NCBI GenBank assembly: GCA_951406725.2
Contig: OX597821.1
Span: forward strand, 105,400,001-105,464,000
Direction: 5' to 3'
From: Octopus vulgaris
Taxonomy: Eukaryota
DNA length: 64,000 bases
A program made the translations under genes and the position numbers. Shown one piece after another: positions 13,159 to 28,559 of this stretch (its first letter is position 1; every line of letters starts with the position of its first letter). The notes below the pieces were generated by a model. The model was given only the letters and a program-made list of their open reading frames with translations, had not been told where the DNA came from and did no database searches.

Positions 13159-13211
<53 letters not shown>

Positions 13212-13239
13212 TCTTTTTAGTATTGCTTTGCTGTATTGC

Positions 13240-13624
13240 AGCAGTTTGCATTTCAAGAGTTGCCGGGAGATGTGTCTACCTTTGTTGGACAGCTGATGGG
13301 TCAAACTTTGATCTTTCTAGACTTCGAAAAAAGACTAAGATCAATAGACCAACAATAAGAGACTTCTTCTTCGCCGACGATGTGACACTTGTTGCTCACA
13401 GTGAATTAACTCTACAAATAATGATGGGCCATTTATTATCACCATGTAAGGTCTTCGGTTTGGTCATCAGTGTAAAGAAGGCTGTCAATCTCACTCAGGA
13501 GGGCGCGGTGAAAGGCCATATCAAGCTTGATGACAAACAGCTTGCGACAATGGACAGGTGGTTCTGCTATCTAGGGTCTACCATTTCCTCTATTACTTCA
13601 CTTGATGATGAGATTAATTTCAGG

Positions 13625-13625
<1 letters not shown>
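13240..13625 (+). mobile_element. RTE-clade LINE reverse transcriptase fragment
   Basis: DGSNFDLSRLRKKTK...IRDFFFADDVTLVAHSE...FGLVISVKK...FCYLGSTIS...LDDEINFRI in ORF 13034..13696. Confidence 0.9.
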
Positions 13626-13699
<74 letters not shown>

Positions 13700-13962
13700 T
13701 AATAAAGGGTTATTTGCAACAAGTTGCTTAAACCACATACCGAAAATATTAGAAATACCAGCCAAATAGGTTACCATTTATATTACTACAAGAATAAGTC
13801 TCCACAAACAACAGTATTTGTAACTCGTATATGGTAAAAAAAGAAGGAAGACAACGAAATCACACAGTCCACTTTGGATCAATTATGGACTATCGTTTCT
13901 GGATTAGAATCGAAAGTTCATTTCTTTATCAACATAATATTTCCTATAAATCCTATAAATTA

Positions 13963-13997
<35 letters not shown>

Positions 13998-14099
13998 CCG
14001 CAATCTCTTTATCGCTCGTGCTAGGAAGGAGTACTTCTATGGTCACATAGATCAGGTTTCACGTTCATCGACCTAATTTATTTCTTGTGTTACAGAGTA

Positions 14100-14520
14100 A
14101 ATTTGGCTTCTCCACTGCTAAAGAGAACCAAAGTAGAATAGATACCTCTGTTCGGTTTTCATTTTCTGAAGGTGTGTCAGTAACTTAAATTCAACGAAGG
14201 TTTTCATTACGATACGGGAGAAGTGCTCCACTTGGTGAAAGTATGTACAAGTAGATTGAGAAATTTCAAAATTGCTGGAAAAACGTAAAGCAGAAAAAGG
14301 GAGTAGGACGCCCATCAACATCAAGCATTGACATGTAGATTCAGCAAAATCGATTGATGATTCTACCGAACAACCATCGATCAGGTGGCATGTTCTCTAC
14401 CGATTAGTGATGGTTCTCCATACGAATCTATCCACGGGAATCTGCACATTACTAAAGTGTGCGCGAGCTATGTGCCAAGAGATTATACCGAAGGGCATGA
14501 ATGCCCTCCAGGGGCAATCT
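14100..14520 (+). mobile_element. Mariner-type transposase remnant (N-terminal part)
   Basis: ggacgcccatcaacatca = GRPSTS; aaagtgtgcgcgagctatgtgccaaga = KVCASYVPR (cf. mariner KVCARWVP motif). Confidence 0.6.
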
Positions 14521-14551
14521 ATCAAACTATTCAAGCAACACAACGATGATA

Positions 14552-14938
14552 GTTTACTCTTTTACTCTTTTACTTGTTTCAGTTATTTGACTGCGGCCAT
14601 GCTGGTGCACCGTCTTTAGTGGAGTAAATCAACTCCAGAGTTTATTCTTTGTTAGCCTAATACTTATTCTATCGGTCACTTTTGCCGCACTGCTAATTTA
14701 TGGGGGCATAAACACATCAGCATTGGTTGCCAAGCAACAGTGAAGAGGACAAACACAAACACACGAATACACGCATATATGTATATATACGACGAGCTTC
14801 TTCCAGTTTCCGTCTACTACATCCAGTCACAAGTATTTGGTCGGCCCGAGGCTATAGTAGAAGACATTTGCCCAAGGTGTTACGCAGTGGGACTGAACCC
14901 AAGAACATGTGGTTGGTACGCAGGCTACTTACCACACA
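14552..14938 (-). mobile_element. SINE family B
   Basis: Reverse complement of the 50393-50790 sequence. Confidence 0.85.
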
Positions 14939-15913
14939 GAATTTGAAATCTGTGTCTATTAGTTTAATACCGAAACTAAAAGGCAGAATAAGAAGTGGTA
15001 AAACCTGAAATCGCCAGCGAAGAGAATATTCTAGATTCAAAATTTGTTGAAAGTGTGATGATATCCATTATTTGGAAAGCAAAAGAGCTTGTCGTTTAAC
15101 ATTACATGGAAAACTGAAAAGCTAGCCAACAACATCGAATTGCCAATTCGCCTCAAAGCAGAGGTTTATTATCAAATCAAGTGCTATTGTTGCACTACGA
15201 TACACATCTACATACCTGCGCCCACACCGCTGGAAAAATCAATTAGTTTTTTCTTACAGGAATACCCTGCATAAAATCCCAATCACGTCCTTTCCGACTA
15301 TTACAACTTTGGACCTTCCAAACGTCTTTTATTATTTCGTCGATTGGCTACGGAAAGTCTGTGAGACTAGCCGTATACCTTCTTCTACTCCAAACGTTCT
15401 CATTGTTCAACAAATGCTTTTGTGTTCATAAATTAAAGAAAGAAGAGTGCGTATAATTTTTTACTCACTCCGTATACGTGTGTGTGAGTGTGTGTTGCGT
15501 ATGTATGTAAACATCAAAGGTTATAACGCTGTTAGTATGAAAGAAATACCAATCAATCATATTGCAGAATTCCGGCGAATTGCTCACTAAATTTTCGTTA
15601 TCGTTAAATGTCGATACTATAGAGCGCTAAATCACAAGCAAACAGAAATTAAGTTTAAGTTTATATTAGGTCAACAGAATTGATATTCAAATATTAATTT
15701 TATTATCGCAAACTTTCATTTAATAGCCATGTTAAACAGTTTTAACGGGAAAGAATTCCTCCCATACACAAAATTAAGTTTACTATTACAGATAAGGCAC
15801 AAACATATATGGACGACAACTTTACATAAATGAAGTAATGCTTGACCACTGAGGGAAAAAAATTCTCAGCGATATAATGTTTTAAAGAAATGAAGTGAAC
15901 TATCAGTATCATA

Positions 15914-16315
15914 TCTTCTTTTCTACTCTGGATACAATGGCCGAAATTTTGGCCGAGGAGCCAGTCAGTTAGATCGACCCCAGTACGTAAGTGGTACTTA
16001 ATTTATGAACTCCGAAAGGTTGAAAGGCAAAGTCGACCTCGGCGGATTTTTAACTAAGAACGTAAAGGTAAACGAAATACCTATTTCTTTAATAACCACA
16101 AGGGGCTAAAAACAGAGAGGACAAACAAGGACAGACAAACATGTTAAGTCGATTATATCGAACCCAGTGCGTAACTGGTACTTATTTCATCGACTCCGAA
16201 AGGATGAAAGGCAAAGTCAACCTCGGCGGAATTTGAACTCAGAACGTAGCGGCAGACGAAAAACTGCTAAACCTTTCGCCCGGCGTGCTCACGATTCTCC
16301 CAGCTCGCCGCCTTT
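15914..16315 (-). mobile_element. tRNA-derived SINE family C with internally duplicated core
   Basis: cgaaagg-tgaaaggcaaagtc-acctcggcgga-ttt-aact occurs twice (~16013 and ~16197); head aaaggcggcgagctgggagaatcg on minus. Confidence 0.85.
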
Positions 16316-16660
16316 AGTACCATATTTTCGTGGAGTTAATCGTCTAGATATATACCAGCTTCATTGATTTTCGATCAATTTCCTAGAAAAATAAAACTTC
16401 CTTCAGAAGTCCAATTTTTATTCTTAATAACTGGTTCAAAGCAATAAAATTACATATGAAGTTAGTTCTTTGAATGTAGACCAACGTCTGATTTCTCAGA
16501 GCTGCAAACGATGATAGAGCTTTAATGATAGGGTATTTCGACAGCATTTAGAAATTAAAGGAAAATAATAATTAACAATTACTTTTCCTCGAGAGCATTC
16601 CAGTATATCGGAATTTTTTTAATATGCACGACATGATAGGATTTGGTGTGTATATATATG

Positions 16661-16707
<47 letters not shown>

Positions 16708-16756
16708 GTATATATATTTCTATATATATATATATACATATACACACATATATATG

Positions 16757-17095
16757 TAGAGTCGCAGTAGCCAAGTGCTTGGGGCAGCGAAGTCGCGTAT
16801 GTAGAATCACAGTTTCTATTCCTAGAAAGGTCGATGTGAGTGTTTATCGAGGGAAAACACCAAAAGCTCCGCAAGACTCCGGCTGTGGGGGTGCCGAACC
16901 CTGATGTACTCTTTCTCTCACCCTTTCTTCCTGCTTCTCTTGTACCTGTATTTCTGTGTGACGCTGAATCTCCCTGAGAACTACATTAAGGGTACTGTGG
17001 ATGCTCAGCCACTTGCACGTTCATTTCACGAGCAGGCTGTTCTGTCGATCGGATTCAACTGGGACACTCGTGGATCCTAACCGACTGAATGCCAA
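16757..17095 (+). mobile_element. SINE family A variant with a different 3' tail
   Basis: gtgagtgtttatcgagggaaaacaccaaaagctcc shared with the 2412 copy. Confidence 0.75.
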
Positions 17096-17377
17096 GTATA
17101 TACATACATATATAATTTACATACATACATATATATATCAACTAGAAAAAGGACCGAGTGCGACAGATTGGAAAACAAGAGACTGAAATTCTTGTGTAAA
17201 AATTCTTGTAATCATTCGTTGATAAATGTAAACCATTATTTGCACTTTCACTCTCTGTGAACGATACATAGCACAGTCAATATATTTACTTAAAAAAGCA
17301 GAATCCCACATACGAAAAACACACTTCTACAATGATTCTGTCTCTCTCCTTTTAACACCCACTCACTCACCCCTTTC

Positions 17378-17412
<35 letters not shown>

Positions 17413-17912
17413 CCCTCTGTCTTTCTGCAATTTATTTTTCTTCTATTCAATTTCTATTGTGCTTGGGTTTCGTAACGCAGTTGATATAATGCAAGAAATT
17501 TTGTCTAACCCGATCGACCGTTATTGATGAGTTCTTGTCATAAGGATGTGGCTTTCTATAGCTTAACAACTGAACTCTATCAAAATTGCTGTATTTATTC
17601 GAAGAGTAATCTAGGGTTCACAAATGGCAAATAATAGTGATTAAAAGTGACAGCAGTGATCTTTGTGTCACTCATGGCCGATTATGTTGTGTTTGGATGA
17701 ATATGTATGCATATATATTTAAACAGATGAATATATTTATCTGAGGAATACAGAGTTTGTTTTTATGATATTATGTAACGACACAAATCTATGTACAATC
17801 TGGATGTGTTTCTGTGTATGTGTTTTGTGTGTTTGCGTCAGTTCATAATGAAGTTAATCAATCTTTTTAACAGCTGTAACAAGGCTGTATGCTTTATATG
17901 TACACGTATGTA

Positions 17913-17956
<44 letters not shown>

Positions 17957-18013
17957 TCTTTCTCTACACAAACATGTATGACTATATATATATACACGAA
18001 TATATATATATGC

Positions 18014-18057
<44 letters not shown>

Positions 18058-18153
18058 CCCCACCACCGTACATATCTCTATGAAATATTTAGGAATTTAA
18101 TATTATATATATATATACATATATATATATACATATATTTGTAAGTACATACA

Positions 18154-18184
<31 letters not shown>

Positions 18185-18257
18185 GTATTTATATATGTAT
18201 TTATATATGTATATATATGTGTGTATATATTTATATGTATACATATATATGTATATA

Positions 18258-18310
<53 letters not shown>

Positions 18311-18816
18311 ATTATATATATACATACATCTATGTGTGCGTACGTGTGTGTGTCTACAGTGCACAGGCAGCGAGTCACACGCACACACAAATATAATTTA
18401 ATTTTTACAGAAATTAACTTATTTCATTGAATGTTTATGCTGATTGTAATTCCCTTTATACGAAATCTAATGATCGCTGATTCAGTTGGATGTATTGTAT
18501 GCTTATTTATATAAATGTGTGTATGAAAAATGAATTCGTTTTGGATGCAGTATCGACGGAAATATGTATATCAATAATATTTAAATCTAAAACAAATAAC
18601 GATTGTAACATATGCTAGTTTTGCTGTCAAGGAACATTGTCATATTTCCTTGTATTTGGGGTTACTTCTTCATTATCTTCAGAAAACTTTTAGAGTATAA
18701 AAGTATAGAACATTGTAAACGCAAGCGTCCTTCCGATACCTTTTCTATCGTTAACTATAAATACGAAAGTAATCGTGGAGTAACAACAAAAAAATCCCAC
18801 CTGCATTATTGTGCTA

Positions 18817-18817
18817 T

Positions 18818-18862
<45 letters not shown>

Positions 18863-18905
18863 ATAGTAGTAGCTGTAGTCGTAGTAGTAGTAGTAATAGT
18901 AGTAA

Positions 18906-18946
<41 letters not shown>

Positions 18947-19023
18947 ATAGTAGTAGTAGTAGTAATGGTAGCAGCAGCAGCAACAACAACAATAGCAGTA
19001 GTAGTAGGAGTGGTATTATTATC

Positions 19024-19099
<76 letters not shown>

Positions 19100-19197
19100 G
19101 TAGTAGTAGTAGTAGTAGTAATAGTAGTAGTAGTAGTAATGGTAGCAGCAGCAGCAACAACAACAATAGCAGTAGTAGTAGGAGTGGTATTATTATC

Positions 19198-19230
<33 letters not shown>

Positions 19231-19231
19231 T

Positions 19232-19297
<66 letters not shown>

Positions 19298-19374
19298 ATA
19301 GTAGTAGTAGTAGTAATGGTAGCAGCAGCAGCAACAACAACAATAGCAGTAGTAGTAGGAGTGGTATTATTATC

Positions 19375-19410
<36 letters not shown>

Positions 19411-19415
19411 TTAAA

Positions 19416-19501
<86 letters not shown>

Positions 19502-19578
19502 ATAGTAGTAGTAGTAGTAATGGTAGCAGCAGCAGCAACAACAACAATAGCAGTAGTAGTAGGAGTGGTATTATTATC

Positions 19579-19614
<36 letters not shown>

Positions 19615-19617
19615 TTA

Positions 19618-19687
<70 letters not shown>

Positions 19688-19764
19688 ATAGTAGTAGTAG
19701 TAGTAATGGTAGCAGCAGCAGCAACAACAACAATAGCAGTAGTAGTAGGAGTGGTATTATTATC

Positions 19765-19803
<39 letters not shown>

Positions 19804-19806
19804 TTA

Positions 19807-19885
<79 letters not shown>

Positions 19886-19962
19886 ATAGTAGTAGTAGTA
19901 GTAATGGTAGCAGCAGCAGCAACAACAACAATAGCAGTAGTAGTAGGAGTGGTATTATTATC

Positions 19963-20004
<42 letters not shown>

Positions 20005-20005
20005 T

Positions 20006-20082
<77 letters not shown>

Positions 20083-20097
20083 CGTAGTAGTAGTAGT
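18817..20097. repeat. Higher-order tandem repeat: six 174-204-bp units built from trinucleotide microsatellites
   Basis: Invariant block ggt(agc)4(aac)3aatagcagtagtagtaggagtggtattattatc at 18967, 19141, 19318, 19522, 19708, 19906. Confidence 0.95.
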
Positions 20098-20161
20098 GTT
20101 GGTGGTCGTGGCTGAGTGTGGGCTAATAGTTACAGTAGCAGTAGTGGTAGTACTAGTGGTG

Positions 20162-20245
20162 GTAGTGATGTTGGCACTAGTAGTGATGTTGGCACTAGTA
20201 GTGATGTTGGCACTAGTAGTGATGTTGACACTAGTAGTGATGTTG
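20162..20245. repeat. 18-bp minisatellite (gtagtgatgttggcacta) x ~4.5
   Basis: Directly visible. Confidence 0.85.
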
Positions 20246-20334
20246 GTGACGGTGGTGATGTTTCTGGTGGTAATGGTGGTTTTGGCAACGGTGGCGGCGG
20301 TTTTCGATAGATTCTTTATGCTCGTGTCAGATAT

Positions 20335-20494
20335 GCTGTGTAGGTTGTGTGGTAATTAGTTTGCTCACGAACCACATGGTGCCGGGTTCAGTCACACCGC
20401 GTGGCACCTTCGGCAAGTGTCTTCTACTATAGCTTCGGTCAGACCAAAAACTTGTGAGTGGATCTGGTAGACGGAAATTGAAAGAAGCCCATCA

Positions 20495-20495
<1 letters not shown>
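20335..20495 (+). mobile_element. SINE family B, 5' half
   Basis: accacatggtgccgggttcagtc...gtggcaccttcggcaagtgtcttctactatagc...agacggaaattgaaagaagccc. Confidence 0.85.
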
Positions 20496-21315
<820 letters not shown>

Positions 21316-23008
21316 TAGGCAGACAAAGTTTGTGCGTTCAACGGAGCGGTGACAACTTTAATGATGTACCCTGTGAAATTCAAGGTTTAGCGTGTGAAAT
21401 GACGTCTTCATTTTAGGCTTCTAAATAAACAGAAATACCTAATAAAATCAACATGTATCAGCTTACTGTTTCTTTTGTGTCTTCATTGTAGGTTTTTATC
21501 ATTTTTTAAAAAATTTGTTATATTAATATATTTCTCTGCCTATGTTTACTTTATACATATTTCAGTATTACATATACATGTTGTGTACATGGGTACAACA
21601 TTAATATATAAGTGCACGTGTGTGGGTATGTGTGTGTGTGCGTGTGAAAAAGGGGGACATTGTCTGCAATACTTCAAACTTGAGTAACGTTTTCGTGTTT
21701 GGATTTGTAAACTACGATAAGAATAACACTGGACAACACTTTTTCCTAAATGTCAAATTATCTGTAGTAAGTTCACATATTCCATTCACCTTCATAATGC
21801 TAAGAATCTGTATTAACATGGCAAACAACTTTTGCTATATATGAAAAATATGTGAAATATTAAGACAATTCACGAAAAATACCTATAACAAAATTCTAAT
21901 TGATAAATATGAATTTTTATTAAAGCAAAACACGCGGGTTAAGTAAATCTCATTGTGTAAAGAAGCAACACAAGCGGGTGAAACAGAACGTGCGGTTGTC
22001 ATGGTTTCAAGCTGTTATTACTTTGCTGTTTGTTGATTGGCTATAATTGTCCAAATTTCCTAAATTGTGTGCCAAATAACATCAGATTCTTTAATTGATG
22101 ATATAATGTAATTCATTGATCGTAATCAGAATTCAGAGTTGCATTGATTCACTAAAATTGAAAGCAATCTGAGCCAAATAAGGGGGTTCAATTTGCTGAT
22201 GAGAAGTACGAGATCTGATTGCAGTTCAGACCTGACAGAGTTTGAAATTGCAACACATTCAGCAGCAACAGTAAGAGAAATAATATCAGTAGCATTATTA
22301 ACAATAGCAGCAGGAACGGGAATGTCTCGCTGATGACCACTCGTTATGATGACAGCCATTAGTATTTGCAAATGTGCCATTGAGGAGGATACGTCATGCA
22401 GCTATCAAAGTCGAGTCCGTTTCTGACAGACTTGCCTATCGGAGAATCAGACCTATGGTTATAAAAAAAACATGTGCCCCAACCGGCCTCTTCTTTTCGT
22501 CACGGAGGGGTTTGGCAGCTTCCATAGTCGTTTGGTAACGGCTAGGTGTAAGGAACTTTATTAGAGAGTAGTTTTAGTCACCTTTCAAATTACAACTTAG
22601 CAACGGCGGCTTGTGATTGCATTGAAGCTGCATTGGATGTTTCTCAAATATTTATTATCGTTTTATGTCCTTCATATCAATAACGTTTGTAGCAATTTTA
22701 GCAATTTTTAACTATTTTATTACGTATGAAGGGAATGTCGAAGTAATGCCTGTATAGAGACGGTTTCCGGGAATAATGGCAAAAAGGCTGCACAGAGAGC
22801 GTATGGAAACTTACTTTTCAAGCAAAACTTACTGTCCAAGCAAAACCATCCACCGAAGCTGTAGCAAATTACTATATTGCATCTACGATTTTAAATTAAA
22901 ACGTTCATCATGTACAGCTTCAGAAAGTATATTATGCAAAATACCGATGAATTATGGAGTGAATTATGAACTTTATATGCATACCTAAATATATGCATAC
23001 ATGTGGAC

Positions 23009-23121
<113 letters not shown>

Positions 23122-24655
23122 GGCGCGCGTACACAAGCACACCCGATAGCGTATGAGTGTGGCCATGTTTATATATATATGTTGGTGAGTGTGTGATGCT
23201 CCATCTGTGAGTGTGTGTTATGTGAATATATGTGCAAATTTAATCACCATTCATTCTCTTTCGTATCTACTTATATATTCCACTCTACTTCCTCTCAGTA
23301 TACATATGAAAAACTAAAGGAGAGTGGAATTGTGAGTGTTGATACAGCCAGAAGCGGATAGATACGCCATTCCCGTATGTCAATAAGGCAAAAACTAGCT
23401 ACGATGTAGTTATTGGAGGAGATTTTTTTCATCCTAAACCATGATCCAAGTCAACCGAATCTTAACGGTTGACCAACTGCAGCCACGAGAGCCAGGAACT
23501 GGCAGCAGTTCTGTTTTCCATTTAACGTTTAATCTTTCATGGTAGAGGACCTAACAGAGCGTATGAATCAAAACGCTGATTCCGGTAGTGTAACATCGAT
23601 TTATGCAAATAAATTATCTGTGGTCTCTATAACACTAACCTTATACTGCAACACTAAACCTACACTATATACGTAAAACTGTGAGCATATTTATATGTAT
23701 GTATATACTTATATATATATATATATATGTATATACTTACCTACATACATATATGCAATCACTCACAAACACACATAGAATAAAAAAATATTTTGAAAAT
23801 GCATAAAATTTTAATAAGACCGCCATTTAACAAAGTGGTCAGGTTTATGCTCATTATAGAGAAATTTATTAAAATAAAATTACTTGCGTAGTGCTGTTTT
23901 CTTTTGGGTTCACGAAGAATATGTGTAACTAAATAGTATATCTATGGAGCGGCGATTAGTAATTTTCCTGTGAAGAAACTATAGAAAAGCCAGGAAACAT
24001 TCTAAGTGATCGTATAGTGAACACAGGAAGTTTAATATATTTGGTCTATTTACTTACTTTCTAATTTAATGTTCATCAAAGAAATATATATGTTAATTAA
24101 CATTTTACCTGATTTGCTGACATTTTAAATGATAATTAGACAGTGTTGTGTGAAAACATTGATGTTTTTATACACTAAGAAAACAATATAAGTAGATAAT
24201 CATTCTCTGAAGGCTAAAGTGTATATTCAATGGATGTTATAATTAACATACCAAATTTTCTACAAAGTTTCTATTTTAACTAATTAAATCATTATTGGTT
24301 TTAACAAATTCACTATTATGCAAATACAGACAGGCTGGGTTTTAACTTTGTCTGTATTTTCATTCAAATCATGAGATCTAAGTTAATTATCACTCTTTGG
24401 ACAGAGTATCGATGAATTCTCTCTAAAAACAAAAATTGTAAATAACAATAGAGAATATATATAAAAAAGATTTATTTGTAAAGTGTTTAGACTATTAGAG
24501 AGATAACAGTAGAGTAACAGCATTGTTTACTTTTCAAAAGGATGGTAAGCTGGATATTTATTTAATAGGTACACTTCAGAGGTCAAATCGCCCAAAAACA
24601 CATACATTTGCAGACATCCAAATACGGACGCACATATTCACACACATGTATGCAT

Positions 24656-24694
<39 letters not shown>

Positions 24695-24696
24695 CA

Positions 24697-24868
<172 letters not shown>

Positions 24869-26562
24869 AAACACACACGCGCGCAGGCAGATACACACAC
24901 ACACATATATATATATACACACATATTTATATATAACTGTCTCTGGCTGTCTCCCTGTCTTCTTGCCTCTCGGCCTCACTCAATATTTATATTCACACAC
25001 GCACATATCCGTATTTATATATGCATATACATATGTGTGTGTCGGTGTGTGTGTGCAAGTATAGAAACATATAGAGATAAATGTTTATATACATGTATAT
25101 ACAGATATATATGTATTTATGCATGCATGTAAGAATGTGTGTGTGAATGCACATATATCAACATAAATATGCAAGTATGTTTATGTAGGAATCTTTATGC
25201 GCTACACTAAAATTGTCTGCGATGTCCGATAACAATGAAACGACAATCAAACTGCAAATAGTTAACCTTCGGGTTTGACTCTTCACCCAGCTCCTGCTGC
25301 AAGCACATTACGAATAAAGTCGAACGATGCTTCACACCGACACATATGCTCATATCGGATAATGTACACACATATATACATACATACATACACACACACA
25401 CATATACACACATATATAAAAACTCATACACACAGACAGAAGCATGCAAATGCCCACAAACACATATCCGCATTTAGACAGGCAAATCTAATTGTATAGA
25501 AACACACAACTGGAAAATGTAGTCAAATATACATACATGTTCCTATACACACACACACACATACATACATAACTATATATATATATATATGTATATAAAT
25601 AAATATATATCCATATACATACATACATATATATATATGTATACAAATAAATATATATCCATATATATATATATATTTGTATATACATGTATGTGTGTGT
25701 GTATATATGTATAAATCTATGTATTTTATGCATGCGAGTAGAGTATAACAAACAAATAAATCAATAATTCACGATATTTCCGTTCTTGTTTCCCTTCAAA
25801 ACAGGGGATCGATAGTTGTTGCTGCGCAGAACGTCGTTAGTTCTGAATTAGATCTTATACATTGCTTCCAACGTAGCCAAAATTCACTTTCCATTCAAAC
25901 GTTCGTAGCGGTCAGAGGCTATTTTCTTGAGCTTTTAACGAAAGCAGTTACAATTCATTCGCTGAGACGAACTTTAAATTGATAACTTTGTTTTATATAT
26001 TCTATTTTATTTATTTCTAATCCAGAGAATCTCTCCTATTGTCTGATTCAGTACTACTAAGTTAATTTAATAAGTTTTGAAATAATTCGGCATAAAAACC
26101 TTTGCGTGGCCTCTCATTGTGTGTATTTCATTTCGAGTGGAAATTCGCTTTACTTCGTTCTCTCAAATGCTCTTTCCGTTTAATTTTAAATCAGTTTTTG
26201 TTCACAGGTTAGCTCACTTTCCTTTAATACCAATGTTTTTATATATGTGTGACCCTTTCTCATAGCCACAACATTGTATTTAAAAAGTTAGATACGAATT
26301 AAATTTTCTTTCAATTTACTATAATTTTCCTATTTATTTTATGCTTGATCTCTTACCGCGGACAAATCAAGTTTTGTCTCATTTCCTATTGAAGCTGATT
26401 TCTTCTTCACTATATTACTGTATTTCTCATGATCATATTTTTGTATTCTATTGTGTCTGGGGGGAGTCATTTTCTACTTATTTTATATTTTTATTTTTCC
26501 TAAAATAAAAATATAAAGAATCGTGCAAACCAAATCCAAAAACGAAATATTCTTGTATTTTT

Positions 26563-26760
26563 TTCATTTCTTTCAGTTATTTGACCGCAGCCATGCTGGA
26601 GCACTGCTTTTTCGTCGAGTAAATCGTCCCCATGACTGCTTCATTGTAACCCTAGTATTTATCCTAGCGATGCCTTTTTGTCGAAAAGCTAGGTTACGGG
26701 GACGTAAGCGCACCAGCATCGGTTGTCAAGCGAAGTTGAGATGTACAAACAGAGAAACTC
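26563..26760 (-). mobile_element. SINE family B, 3' half, degenerate
   Basis: tttcagttatttgaccgcagccatgctggagcac...caccagcatcggttgtcaagc. Confidence 0.8.
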
Positions 26761-26786
26761 AAACACACACATACACACACACATCC

Positions 26787-26817
<31 letters not shown>

Positions 26818-26823
26818 CATACA

Positions 26824-26859
<36 letters not shown>

Positions 26860-26999
26860 TATTAATTTTAGATTTCTCCTGCCTCACTTCTCAAGGACTG
26901 GGATAAACGAAAATTGGGGTTAGTCCTCCACATACTAATGGCGATATAAATTCCCCCATCGCTTTATGCAGCTGCAGAAAACGGTATATGGCATCTAGA

Positions 27000-27420
27000 G
27001 CCAACTCCTTATTTCGGAAATAAGTTCATCATTATCTGAAAAGTGCTTCCCCTTCCCCAAAATAATTCATGGTTGGAAAGAGATGAACGTCAGAGGTTGA
27101 GATGGTAAAGGGGATGGGAAAGGAATTCATTACCGCAGGGGTGTGCTTTCATCTGAGCAACAAGCGCATGGTGTTCTGGGGCATTGTCTTGCTGGAACCG
27201 GACAACTTTGGTCAGCAATCTTTTACAAATAATTATTTACCCCGGGTATTTAAACCTTGTCCATCTTTATAAGCTAGTTTTGATCCAAGGTTTTCTTCGA
27301 TTTTATAATAAAATGATTTTATACCGAACTTCATTTATTGCATGCAACCGGTCATTGTAAAGACTGTTGGTCGAAAGAACCAATAAAACATAATCATTTT
27401 CAAATGTCTATCCATTGAAC
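27000..27420 (-). mobile_element. Tc1-like transposase remnant
   Basis: Minus strand ttccagcaagacaatgccccagaacac = FQQDNAPEH (~27170-27197). Confidence 0.6.
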
Positions 27421-27590
27421 TAAATGCATATGTTTACTTATAACCCTATTTTTGTTCCATTCTAAACAAATCTGTCCAAAGAACGAGGACGTGAAACTCT
27501 GATTAACAGTTTTTGTGATATTTTTTACAGCTTTTTAATAAAGTATATATGTGAGTATGTACATATACGCATGTATATATGCATATATGC

Positions 27591-27632
<42 letters not shown>

Positions 27633-27727
27633 TACATATATACATGTATATATACATATATATATATATTTATATACACATACATATATATACACACACA
27701 TATATATATATACATATATAGATACAG

Positions 27728-27782
<55 letters not shown>

Positions 27783-27793
27783 TGCGTGTGTGT

Positions 27794-28147
27794 AGAGGCG
27801 CAATAGTCCAATGGTAAGGGCAGCGGACACTCGGTCGTAGGATCGCGTGGTTTGTATGTATATTGATACTTATGTCGATATACATGTAGTTTTATGTGTG
27901 CGTTTTCATGTTTTCTTTGTGAGTGTTTATTGAGCGAAAACACTTGAAAGCCCCACAATGCTCCGGCAGGGGGTGGTGGCGATCCTGTTCTACTCTTTCG
28001 CCACAACTTTCTGTCACTCTTTCTTCTGTTGGCCTGCTCGCTTAGCCAGCGCTGTGGCATCATTTGAAGGCTAAAACAATGGGAAGCGAATTGTGACCAG
28101 CGATGTGTAGCAACATCTGATAGCCAGGTCGGTCACGGTGATCACGT

Positions 28148-28149
<2 letters not shown>
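27794..28149 (+). mobile_element. SINE family A with ~65-bp internal insertion
   Basis: Colinear with 2412-2710 apart from the insert at ~27853-27918. Confidence 0.85.
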
Positions 28150-28185
<36 letters not shown>

Positions 28186-28559
28186 GTATATACACATACA
28201 TATGTCTTTGTATATGCATTAATACACAGACACACTTACGTAAACACTATTGATATATACTCATACACGCATGTATATATTTTTATGAAGCTCTATGTGT
28301 GTCATAAAATATGCATAGGTTTTGATTCATATAGACGGACAAACTGAACTTTTCATCTTGTAGTATCTCATGATTCTCCAATAAATAATTTATGCCTTGA
28401 ATCATATTTGAAGTATGTAATACTAATGGTCGAAATATTCATATTTTTAAGACTTTTTTTTAATCCAGAATATCTTTACCAGAAAGTCTTGTTCAACATT
28501 TTCATTCAATATCGATGGACATTTTTATATATAGTTATATATGGATGGGTGTATATTGT

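Noticed and set aside
18967-19960. CRISPR-like constant repeat with variable spacers
   Set aside because: The spacers are simple triplet repeats, the context is eukaryotic, and there are no cas genes
18690-20115. 430+ aa ORFs on both strands
   Set aside because: Stop-free frames follow from the triplet repeat composition; there is no coding evidence
22190-22253. CTGATGA...GAAA hammerhead-like spacing
   Set aside because: No helix II closing pairs, no helix III, and G at the cleavage position
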